From NCBI GenBank assembly GCA_044892525.1, contig CM097885.1, forward strand, positions 236,346,001 through 236,410,000: a stretch of DNA of 64,000 nt, in the 5' to 3' direction. Position 1 is the first letter of the stretch; every line of letters begins with the position of its first letter. The notes beneath the pieces are model-generated. The model did no database searches, was not told the DNA's origin, and worked only from the letters and a program-made list of their open reading frames with translations. This document shows positions 13,001 to 26,500 of this stretch, one piece after another. The position numbers were made by a program, and so were the translations under genes. Source of the stretch: Schmidtea polychroa (Eukaryota).

Positions 13001-16000
13001 CATATTCCCATATCTAAATTATATTGAAACATGTTATGATTTCAAAGTTGAACCGCAATTAGGTTTAGAAGATTTCAAAAATTTATATTCTATATTTTGT
13101 ATAAATGTTTCAGACCAAGATGATCGCCTAGCCATAAATAATGTTGATGTTACACTTCATGTAACAAAGGATTCTAATTTAAAGCTAAAGTATATACATT
13201 AATATTAGAAGAAAAGAAAATAGAAATGAAATTATATGGTAAAAAGATTTCAATAATCGAAAATGTTAGGGGAGATTCTTGATATAATCCCTGATATTTT
13301 AACATTTTAAAATGTCTCTAAATAAATATTGGAGATGTGAAACTTGTAATTGTCAAGTTACAAGACATCATAAAGCAAGCCATCTTAAAACTAAAAAACA
13401 TACAGGAGGTGACCTAATTCCACGAGCTGGAGGCGATTTGCAATCTTCAAAAACAACATCTTCAATATTAAAACCTTTTACTACAGAAAAATATCCAGGT
13501 GAAAGACATTTATTTAAACACAACTATACTGGACCAGGAACACGTCTAGATATTAGATTAGATGAAAATAATAATCCCAAACAAGGAGAAGAACCAATAA
13601 ATAGAATTGATCAAGCAGCTTTAAAACATGACATTGCATACAATTCAACAAATCTTAGAGATAGACATGTTGCAGATGTGAATTTAATACATGATTTAAA
13701 TAGTATCCAAAATCCATCAACCCAAGAAAAGATTCAAAGAGCTCTAGTTAAATTAGCAATGAAAGGTAAGATTTTCATAGGCTTAGGACACAGTCCGATC
13801 ACCATGGGTGCAAGACTTCCTAGGAAAGCAAAAGATGTTGCTTATAAAAAGATTATCGAACAAGCAGAGATTGAAAGATCCCTCGAGAGTACAGCCAAGA
13901 CTAGTTTACAAACCCCAACAGAATCAGAAATAAAATATGCAAAGGAATTACACCATGAATTTAGAAAAAATAAAAAATATTTAAAAGTTCAAGTACATGA
14001 AAAAGATCAAACATGGTCTGCAGATTTAGTCTTTATGCCCAAATCATCAGACCCTGAAAAATATAAAATAATTTTAACTGTAATAGATTTATATACAAGA
14101 TTTGCTTTTGCAAGATGTTTAGAAAATAAAACAGGATATTCTATTACAGAAGCATTTGAAAATATATTTGAAGATAATCAAAGAATCCCAAAATATTTAT
14201 GGTGTGATAAAGGAACAGAATTTTATAACAAAGTTTTTACAAAGTTTTTAAATGAAAATGATATTAAATTATATTCAACAGAAAACGAAGGAAAAGCATT
14301 CGTAGTTGAAAGATTAAATAGAACATTAAAAAATAAAATGTGGAAATATTTTACTGCTATTGGAAAACAAAAATGGAACAATGAATTGTTACAAAAGATT
14401 GTAAATGAATATAATAATGATGTACATAGTTCTATAAAATCAACACCTTTAAATGCTTCCATGAAGCCTGAAACCATTAAAGTGGTAAATATTGAAAATG
14501 ATGTTATTGAAAAACCAAAGTTTAAAATTGGTGACCGAGTAAGAATATTTAAATATAAAAATAAATTTGAAAAAGGATTCACAGCAAAATGGACAAATGA
14601 AATTTTTATTATAAATAAAATACATTATACAACTCCAATAACATATAGCATCTTTGATTTAAATAATGAAAAAATATTAGGTAGATTTTATAATAATGAA
14701 CTACAGAAAACAGATTTTTAAGTCGACAAGCCCTAAAACAAACTTTTCCATATTTCAGCTTCTTCTCTATCCAAATAAATATAATTATATTTTTCTTTCC
14801 AATGATTATCAACAAACATATCAAACATATTCTTATCAGGTTCAACATTTGAAAATAAATCATTATAAATCATATTCTTATCACGGCGATCTAATTTAAA
14901 AAATATAAAACAATTGGAATTATTTCTTATTGAATTTTTATCTAAAGCATAATATGTTTGAGATATATAAATAACATTACAATTATTATGTCGACCTCGT
15001 GTAAAGTAACTCTTTTGAATCTCTTGATTTTTCATATTAACAACATCATCAAATATAACTAGATTCTTTTTATCTTTAGGAAGTAAATCACAATGTAAAA
15101 CATCTTCAGGTTTATTAGAGAATAAAACTTGAATTGCCTCCTGCCCTTCTTCACAAATATAATCATTTTTATTACTAATATCTGATTCTAAAATCTTTTC
15201 CTTATACCAATCAACCATATCACAAGGTTGAAAAACTTCTTCAGGACACCTATGTTGATTTTTAAAAATATCAATTATTGCTTTTTTAGTTAATTTATTT
15301 TCAAATCCACATTTCAAAAGTTGTAATTCTGGTTGATTTATGGTTGTAGAATAAAAGATTAAATTATTATAATCTAAAAAATCATCTTCAAGTAACATTC
15401 TCAAAACAAGTACATTCTTTCCACATCCAGAAGAACCAACAATTAATAATCTAAAATTATCAGGAAATACTTTATTATTGAATTTACTCTTATGTCTATT
15501 TAAAATTGGTTTCCAAGTATCCATTTTTATTTATTATAAAATGACAACTGAAGAATCTTTGCAAGAATTAATAAATTCAAATAAAAATAAATCAGTTGTA
15601 ATTGATGGTAAAAAATATTTTATTGGAAAACATGTAAAAGAACAAGTTAGAGCGAAGCTCCACGAAGCTAAAGAAGGTGGCATTCTTCCATTAGCTGCTT
15701 TAATACCTGCAATCATTGCTGGTTTATCAGGTGCTGCTGGAATAGCTGGAGGAATTGCAACTACAGTTCAAAAAGCTAAAGAATCTCAAAAGACAGACCT
15801 AGAAAAAGAAAAACTACAAACTGAAATCGATTCAATGAAGAAGGTAGGGCAAGCTAAAGGGGGAGTGTCCGTTGGAAAGGGTCTCTATCTTAATCCATAT
15901 GAGGGGAGTCGGCAAAAGTCTCAGGGCAAAGGTCTCTATCTTGATCCTTATAAAGGTAGAGGTTTAAATGATTTTTTAAAAAATCAAATTTCTACATCTG

Positions 16001-19000
16001 AATCTTTATCTTCAAAAGATAAAGAAGATTTAAAAAAAATATGTAAATCTTTAAAGAATGGATGCCTTTGTAAAACTAAAAATGGTAAAGGATTATACTT
16101 GAAGCCCTTCGAACTATGATACCATTTTTGATACCATTAAAATGGTATATGAAGAAAGATTAGCACTTTTAAAAAAATTACAATCAGAACAAGATAAATA
16201 TAATAAAAAAGATACAACTCAACATGCTGAATCTATAATATTAAATGAGGTAATAACACAACAACAGGGGCCAACAATTAAAGCTATAAAAGAGTTGGAA
16301 GATTTCAATGAGCAAGCAAAATTTAAAGAGTTAGAAGATAAAAAACAAAAAATAAAAGAACTAGAGTGGCAGGATAAAGAAAAAGAATCCAGTGAAAACC
16401 ATCCTGAAAGAAATCAAAGAAAACGCAGAAGAATTTCTAATGTGGAAGAAGAAGAAATGTTTTTAAAAACAAAACCTCTTAAAGTTGATCCTAAAATTAG
16501 AGATGATTTACCTCCTTCAATTAGACCCACATTTAATACTAATACTGAAGGATATCAAATAATAACAATTAATAAACAAAACTTTACTTTATATTCAAAT
16601 TCAGAAAATAAATCACGTATTCATTCACAAAATGTTTATAATAATGAATATTTAGACTATGAATTTACAGATGATTTTTATAGATTACTTTGTGGATATT
16701 CTTCAGATGATGTTGAAGAAATTAAAAAATATTTAAATTTAATAAGATTAATAAGAGCTAGTTCTAAAGCAAAATATATTCAAGATTTAAAGAATTATTT
16801 AAATAAAAATGAAAAGGGTTATGTTGTTACAGAGGGAGAGGGATTAATTAGTGAAGGTGGTAAACCAAATCCCATCAATCTTTTTATTGAATTAAGAAAA
16901 CTATTAGCTGCAAGGAAAGCAGGACATAATAATTTAGATTCTGATATTTTAAAGATTTCTAAAGATTTGTTAAAACAAGGAATAATTTCAAAAGATAAAT
17001 TTAATAAGTATACGAAGTTATAAATACGAAGTTTTAAAATACAAAATGACTCCTTCAATATTAGATTTTTTAAAAACATTTGGAATAAATGCAAAAACAA
17101 ATTTTGATTTAAAAGATTATGCAAATTATTTAAATTTAAAAATTAAAATATTAATGAATGATGAATTATCAAGTCTGGAGAGTCCCCTGAATATAATAAT
17201 CAATTATCAAAATTCAAATGAAAAAGGATCTCATTGGGTTTGTATATATAAGAAATCTATCTACTTTGATTCTTTTGGGATTAAACCTACTAAAGAAGTT
17301 GAAGATTATCTCTTGAGGGGTTCTCCGATTGATTCCCCAAATGGTTATACTTTTAACTCTTTACAAGTTCAACCTTTGAATACTAAAATATGTGGTATTT
17401 TAAGTTTATATGTTTTGTATAGATTGAATAAGGGAGAGGGAAAGGGGCATACGCAGGATTTTGAATCTATAATTCAAGAAATTTATAATGATCTAGAATC
17501 TCTACTATAAGGATTTTTACTATAAGAATTTTTACTATATGAATTTACTACTAAAGAAATGGAGCTTCACAACCCTCCGGAAGATAATTTAAAAAAAATG
17601 GTAAACATAATGTCAGATAAATATTCAAGAACTTTATCTATAAATTCAAAAGAATCAGACTTTACTATAAACTTTCAAGATTCAATTAAATTAGATCAAA
17701 ATTTAAATTATGAATTGGGGCTATTATGGTTTTGTGCTTATAATACTATTTTTAATATAACTAAAGATAATAATAAATTTACTATTCAAACTCGTGATGG
17801 GCATAAACCAGAAATTATAACAATAGAACCTGGGGCATATGAGATAAAAGATTTAAATGATATACTTTCTAAAAAAACAAATGAAGGTATTAAAATTAAA
17901 ATGGATATACCAACTTCAAAATGTGTAATGACTTTGAAGAATATAAAAATTAGTTTTTTAGATAATTGTTTCTTTCACACAGTTTTAGGATTTAAACCTA
18001 TGGATATAACAATAAAAGAAGATAAAATAATAACATCAGAACATATTATAAAAATAATAAATACAAACACAATAAATATTCATTGCGATTGTATAACAGG
18101 TTCTTATAATAATGGTAAACAAACAAATGTTTTATATTCCTTTCCCTCAAACACAGTTCCTATGGGATATAAAATAGTTGAAAGAATGAATCCTCCAAAT
18201 TATTTACCTTTATGTAGAAAATATATAATGGATATTAATTTTAAAATTCTTAATCAAGAAGGAGAATTGATTGATTTTAATGGAGAAGAGATTTCAATGT
18301 ATTTACATTTGAAACAGGTTTGAAGATTCATTTTAAATTATTAATAAATGAGTTCTTATATTCCTTGTAATAGAGGTGGTGGAACAATAAAAACAGGGTT
18401 TAATACAGAAGAAATATTAACTTTAACAGAAAATAAATATATTAATGAAAGAGGTGATTCAATGAAAGGAGATTTAAATTTAAATGGACACAAGATAAAA
18501 GATTTATCTTTACCAACTGATGAAGCTGATGCAGTTAATAAAAAATATGTTGATGGTGTTAAAAATTATACTGATTTAACAACAACAAGAATTGAAAGTT
18601 CATTAACAACAAAAATTGATTCAATGGAATCAAAGCTTAATAATATCGAACAACGATTTAATGATAAATTTGACAAGTTACAAAGTCTGTTAACTGAACA
18701 AGTTGTAAAGTTAAATACTGCTATATTAAATTCTAAAGATAAACAAATTATGAATACTAAATTTAATACAATATATAAAATAATAAATGAGATGATTACA
18801 TCATTTAATAAAAGAATTTCAAATTTAGAGTCTCATGGAACACACATTAACACCACACATAGTATTAGAAAAAGAGCTGCTGAATTAGAACAGAATAAAA
18901 CATTATTACCCCATACATATAAACATTTTATAGAACCAAGTTTAATAACACCAAACAGTAAAGAATGGGGTGTTTTTATGGTTGTAAAAATTATTGATCC

Positions 19001-22000
19001 TTATTTCTTTTTGTTTGATGATGATAATGAAAGAATGAAATGGTTTGTGAAATGTGATTATAATAGTAAGCTTGAAAAGGGTGATGTTATAATGACTAGT
19101 TATGATTTACCACACGGAGATTGGTATGTTAATACTCATTCACATGGACTACATAAAGTTAAAAGTAAGAATATTCATTTTTCTAGTTCACTTGTACAAT
19201 ATATAGATTTAATATTTTATGAAAAAAAGGTTGATGTTGATGAAGTTCGTAAAGCATTGAGAGAATTGTATAAAGATATCCTCTCAACAAGAGTTTCTTT
19301 TGATATCCGAGTATTGGTGCCAGATGGTGCTCAGAAGAATAAAGTCTTATTTTTTTAATTATTAAAATGGAAGAAGTAAGAGAAGAAAAAATTTACCCAG
19401 AATTGAGATCATCAGGATATTATTCCGAAGGTCACAAAGGTTCCAAGGCCTCGGCTCCCACAGAACTTGAAATTATGAGAGTAAAAGAATTTAAATCAGA
19501 AACCTTACATTTACAAGATTTATTAAAGCATTATAAAAAAATTAAAAATAGATGGAATAAAGGGAATACATTTTTAAAAGTTATAGGTTATTCTTTAGGA
19601 TTTGCATCTGCAATATTAACAGTTATTTTACCCATAACTTTACCTGTAATACTTGGAAGTATTTCTGTGGCTGATGGTTTCTTAACTGAAATAGTTTCAT
19701 TATCTTATACTTCTAAAAAGAAAAGTTTATATAGAGAAGTTTGTTTATCAATAGAATTAGGAATCTCTAAATTATTTTTATTTCAATTAAAAGCTTTGGA
19801 AGATGGAATCCTGACAGACGAAGAAATAATGAAATCAAATCAAATAATACAAGATATAAAGAATGAGGTTATAAGATTAAAAAGGGAGGGCATGGTGGTT
19901 TATGTTATAAGTAATAAAAAAACATCTCGAGAAAAATGGTTAAAGAATTCTTACTTATAAAATGGGTGTATTTTTAAAAAAGTAGATCAGGTTGCTATAG
20001 TTGCTTAAATTAATTGTCGACATTTTATTATTAAAAAATTAAATATCGTTGAAAGCCAACCTATGAATCATTAATTTATGATCTTTAAATTCTTTATCAC
20101 TTAGACCTTTTATATATTCAGGATCAGTATTAAAATATTTAAGTTCTAAACATATAGGATTAAAAACTTGAGAATATAAAGGTTTCTCGATTTCTCTCTC
20201 GGGATAAATAATTTCAACATTATAAATATCAAGATCAGTAATCTTTGTATCATATAACTTATTCAACTTTTCTAGATTTTTTATTATAGGGATTAAATTA
20301 TTTCCAATAGGTAGAGTTGTCTTTAAATCACTTAGTATGAATCTCTTATCATCATAATTTGATAATGATACTTTTTGAGATTCTATCAAGTGAATATCAT
20401 GGTTTTCACTTTTAAGTTGATGTATTTCATCAATTTTATCTTTATGATTTGGGTTTAATGTATCTATATAATCTTGATGAGAAAGATTCTTTGCAACCAC
20501 TCTCTGTATTCCTTTACATCTGTTATCCTTTAAATTAGTAATATTTTTTATAATTTCAAAAATGTTATTTTCTTGATTTTTAGTTTCCATCATTTTATAG
20601 TGTTAAAATTCTAATTCTTAGACCAGTCGTAATTGATTTATAATTATTTCTGCAGTAATGCTTTTTAACATTAATTTATGTGATTTAAAGTCTTCTGGTG
20701 TTAGTCCTTGGATATATTCAGGATCAGTATTAAAATATTTAAGTTCTATAGGTTTTATATTTTGAACTTGATTATATAAAGGTTTAGGAATTAATATTTC
20801 AGGATATTGGATTTCTACTTTAGCAAGTTGAAGGTCTGTAATCTCTAGGTTATAAATTTCATTTATTTTATCAAGATGTTTTATTATAGGGATTAAATCA
20901 TTTCCAATAGGTAATGTTGTCTTCAAGTCAGAAAGTATAAATCTTTTATCATCATAATTTGTTATAGCAATCTTGTTACACTCTTCAAGATATATATTAT
21001 GTTTCTCTGATTTAAGATGATGGGTTTTAGCAATTTTATTTTTATAATTTATATTTAATGAATCTTTATACTCTTGATGTGTGAAGGTTTTTGACACTGA
21101 TTTTTGAATTCCTTTACTTTTATTTTCTTTATAGCTTTTCGGGTTTTCAGGGAATGAAGGATATTCAAATGTTCGATCTACTTCAACAGATCCTTCTATT
21201 ATAAATTTTATTGTATGCTCTTTCATAATTGGTTTGTCTTTCATTTCAAGAGAATATTGTTTAGGTCTAATAAACACTCCTCCAGTTATTGGAGTATTTG
21301 GTTTTTCATCTTTAAAAGTAAACAACTCTCCAGAATTGTTTATTAATTTATTTAAGGTTGGATCTTCACGTATTTCTTTTTTTAAATCTTTGCTATATCC
21401 TTTTAAAAACATACTATCAGTGTCCATTGCATGCATGGATATTCGATCTCCAAAATGTGGTACTAGAACATCATAGTAGGCTTCATACATTTGAAGCTTT
21501 GAAAGTTCTAAAATTGAAAACCCTATAAAGATTGGTTTATTATAAGTTTTTACAGAGTTTTTAATCTCTATGGCTATAAGGTTACTAGAGAATATCTCGG
21601 CATTTTTAAATGTGGGCTTTCCAATTATCCGGTTGTACCTATTAAGGTCTTTGGATGTATTGGTCAAAAGCTCTACACGTGTGTACTTGTCTATATTCTC
21701 CATGGTCTTTCCAAAGACCGCATTGTTCAGGAGTTTGTAAATCATATCAAGAAATGCATTTCCAGCTCTCTTTGCTGCATTTCTTTTCAAAATATTTCCC
21801 TCTATGAATTTTTTCATAAAAGGGGCTTGTCGAAATTTAATAATGGAATGTACTTTTTTTAAAACCATTCCATGGGAGAGATAAAACTGAAGGAGTCTAT
21901 AATGACAAAAGTAATCAGTTTTATCGGTCTGATCGCATAAAAGTTTTATACAGGGCGATCTATCCTGAGCCATCTGCCAGTCTGAAAGTTCTTCAGTCGA

Positions 22001-23544
22001 GATCTTTCTTCTTACTGGAGCAAATGGAAAGAATCTTGTCCTGGATTTTATTTCATTGGGATATTCAAGATCGCATTCTATGACATATCCATATTGTGAA
22101 TTCTTTGGTGTTTTTAGAATTTCTTGTATTAATTCCTCAGTGGGCTCTTCCCAGGTGAACTTGCCAATTGGAAGGTATTGAGTCATTACTCCTGCATATA
22201 AAGCTGTTGCATCTATATACATTATTTCAGAAGGATTAGAAAGACCTTCCAGTATTTCCTCACGATCTTCTGGGTTTGTTATTTCTACATATAGAGCATC
22301 AGTATCTTTGAAAAATTTAGGATAAAGAGTTGTAAAATTATTAGCATTTATTTCTCTATTCCCTTGTACTGAAGAAATACCTCCTCAGTAGGTAGTTAGT
22401 GGCTTACGGCAGCAATAGGGGGGGGGGGGGTAAAAAATGTTGCAAACTTTTGATTGCATAACTTTTTCCGTAGACATTTTTTGATTACATAATTGTTGCC
22501 GTAATGCCCAATGTTTTCTGGGATTTTAAATACAAATTTTTTTTTTTTTTTTTCAATAAACAAGCCAAGGATAAATATTATTTGGGTGGGTCTCCTTGGT
22601 CCTGAGAATTTCAATAGAAAAAGGTAGTCTTCAATAAAAAAGCATGGATTTTTCACACTATAGTGAGGGGATCTTCTTGGTCATGAGAATTTCAATAGAA
22701 AAGGTGGTTTACATTAAAAAAACGCATAGTAAATTTTTAAAATAAAGCAAATTATGGGTCTAAAATTTAAAAATAAAGTAAATGATGGGTCTAAAAATTT
22801 AAGTAAATCAAGGTTCAGATTTATTTTTGAAATAAAGTAAATTATGGTCTAAATAAGTAAATTATGGGCTAAGATTTTTCAATTAAAGTAAATAATGGTT
22901 CTAAAAAATTAAATTACAGTAAATTATGGTCCAAATTTTTAAATTAAAGTAAATTATGGTTCTTAAAAATTAAATTAAAGTAAATTATGGTCAAAATTTT
23001 TGAATTACAGTCCAAAAATTTAAATTAAAGTAAATTATGATCCAAATTTTTAAATTAAAGTAAATAATGGTTCTAAAAAATTAAATTAAAGTAAATAATG
23101 GTCCAAATATTTTAAATTACAGTAAATAATGGTTCTAAAAATTAAATTACAGTAAATAATGGTCAAAAATTTTAAAATTAAAGTAAATTATGGTTCTAAA
23201 AATTAAATTACAGTAAATAATGGTCAAAAATTTTAAAATTAAAGTAAATTATGGTTCTAAAAATTAAATTAAAGTTAATTAAGGTCAAAAATTTTAAAAT
23301 TAAAGTAATAATTTTTAAATAAGTAAATTAAAGTAATGTAATAAGTAAATTAAAGTAAGATTTTTAAATTTATTAACAAAAATAGAAGGTGTTTGAGAAT
23401 TGAAATTTTTTAATGGAAATTTTAATGAATTATTTTTTAAGTAATTTTTAATAGAAATTTTTATGAATAATTTTCAATGGTAATTTTAAATGGAAATTTT
23501 AATAGAATAACTTTTAAGATAATTTTTAATGAAAATTTTTATGA

Positions 23545-23594
<50 letters not shown>

Positions 23595-26500
23595 TAATAT
23601 TAATAATATATCAACCAAATACTATACAACACATAAAAAATTAACTAAACACATAAAAATAACTAGACACATAACAAAACATATAAACATTAACTAAACA
23701 CATAAAAATGAACTAGACACATAACAAACATAAAAATTTACCAAATAACAAATGTAAAGATATAAAATTTATTCAATAAAATTAGTCCTCATCGGACAAA
23801 ATAACGTCATCGATATCGATGTCATCTTCTCCAAAATCTTCATTTAATTCTTCCTCATCTTCTCCATCATTTTCTCCAACATTTTCTGAAACATTTTCTG
23901 CAACAATTTCTCCAACATTTTCTCCAATATTTAATTCACTTAATCTTACATGCCCATATGCAAGACTAGTATTTTTCCCCACCCAAACCCTTTTGTCATC
24001 TTTGTTAGTTAGTGCTATTTTTGTGTTTTTAATTGTAAAAATTTGATGATTTTTGCTTGTTATTTTAGTCTGAGGAACCGAAAAAATCTGGTTAGTGTTA
24101 TAACAATCCAGGTATGACTGATGTTTTATGTCACTACCTTTCAATGTTACACCTTTAGCCTTTTTTGTTTCCTCATCACTCAACAAGCTATAACATTTAG
24201 GTCTAAGAAAAACCCACTCCTTATATTTAAGACCTTTATTCTCGTCTTTGAACTTTCCAATGACTGAATCAAGGTTCTTACTATATAAGGAATGACAACT
24301 ATTGTAATTGGAAGTATCCAATAAATTATCTCGAACCATTGCAGGTAAAAGAACCTCAAGTTTGCAGTTAATGACTTCGAGGAAAAAAGAATCTGTATCA
24401 CCTGCAACGATATTAATTTTACAATTAAACTCATTGCGAAATGATTCCAGATCCTTATATTGCAATTCATACATTCTAAGTTTAGATAGATCAAGTACAG
24501 ATTGACCAATGTAACTCGGTCTATCTAAACATATAGAATCGGAATTCAATAGTGCTGCAATTAAATTATCTGCTATTTTAATAGATTTTTTAAAAGTCGG
24601 TTTTGACGAATATTTAACTAATTTACCGGCAGTTGTACAAAGACGAAGATTCATTCTTCTCTTTAAATTTTCAACTGTTTTGCCGTATAAACTATTATTT
24701 AGCAATTTATAATAATTTTTATCTAAGCTATTTACGCTTTTTGATCTTAATTCGGTATTTGTATCTATATATTTTTTAAAAATTGGTGATTGCTTAAATC
24801 TTACACCCCTATTTACACGTGTTACTTTAACACCAAGTTCCAAATATAATTTTAATAATCTCCAATGAATAACATAATTAGATTTTGGAAGATGAGTTAA
24901 TAATAATTTTTCAACCTTAGACCCAGCAGGTTTCATTTTTTCAGCAGCTACAGGGAAATCATCCAACTTATCATGAAGCTCAGAAGGAATTACAAGATCA
25001 ACTTCAAGTGTGTATCCATAAGACAAAGATTCAAGATTTAAATTCCTACATTCATCCATTATTTTATCAAATCCATCAAGAACCCAACAAAATTCGCCAC
25101 AAGGTAATGATTGACTTAAAGCCCAGCCATAAAGATTATTAATATCTATATATAGTAACTCAGTGTTCTCGTCGGTTTTTACGTAATGCTTATTCACAAA
25201 AGTAAGACCGCCTCTTATTCCACCCTCATAAAAGCTAAACATTTCGTTTTCAGTTATGAGTTCAATTGGTTCATTTAAAGACATTAATGCAGAAGACCAA
25301 GACATGCCTGGAATTCCGAAATAATTCAATGGTTCCAATCTATTGTGAGCAATGGATTTCAACCGAAACTGATGAAAGAAATCAGCCAAAAGAAAACAAT
25401 CAAGTTTTAGGTAGATCATCATATAATCTAATAAAGTTACGCAATTAGTTTCTACCCAAATCTCCTGAGCTTTTTCATACTCAAGCTCAGTGACACCCTC
25501 CCAGATTGGTGGTAATTCATAAGTAGTTTGGAGAATATCTAAAGAAGTGGCGAAATTATAAGGGAAGATTCCTTTTTCACTTACTATGGTGCCAGAAAAA
25601 GCAGAATTAGTAAAAGGCAAAGAATTCAAAGTTTTGACTGCTTTAGCCAAAGAATCATTGACAAATTGATACGAATCAATGAATCTTAGGCTAATTTTAC
25701 CTAAATGAGCAATCAAAGATATAAATTTTTCCGTAGTTATTGGGATGCACCCTAAATTCCAATTTTTAAATTTATTTAATCCATATTTAAGTATATGGTG
25801 CATATCGTATCCCTTCAAGTTGTGAAATACGATAGGCAAAATTTTATTTATTTTTCTATTTACGTTACATGTGCTACAAGCTGCACCCAAGTATTTCCCC
25901 ATAAAATGATCGTGATCTCTAACAGGATCCACGATAGATTTCAAACAAAGATAACAAACCGTTGAATTAATGAATTGTTGTTGCTCAATTTTCGTTAATT
26001 TAATCATTGGTTTCCTACCCATTTTATAATAAAAAGGAAGAACCTTATTTAATGCTATATCCTCTATAGCACTTAAAAAACTCTCGACGCAATCTAAACC
26101 TATGAACTGCTGATAAGATTTAGATCCGTCAAAGTTATTTACTAGTAAAAGACCAGCAGATATTGGCATGTGTCGCTGAAAATGATCATTATCAGAAGGT
26201 AAAATAGCCTCAAAATCGGCATAAACTACAAAAGGAAGAGTTACTGTTTTCGACCAGTCAGTAAACTGTAAGAATTTATTTTGAGGGAAGGTGTAAAGAG
26301 TTGTTCCTAATTGATTACGTTTACATAATATTTCATGTTTTTCTAGTGCGTGTTTATTATTAAACCCATTCAAACACCGATGGCACCATAATGAACGTAT
26401 GCGTGTAGGACAACTAGTGTTGATATGACAATTCATTAACTTATTTAAATTACTTATAGCAACGTAATGGAAATTGTTTCCTTTATTTAATAATAGTAAA

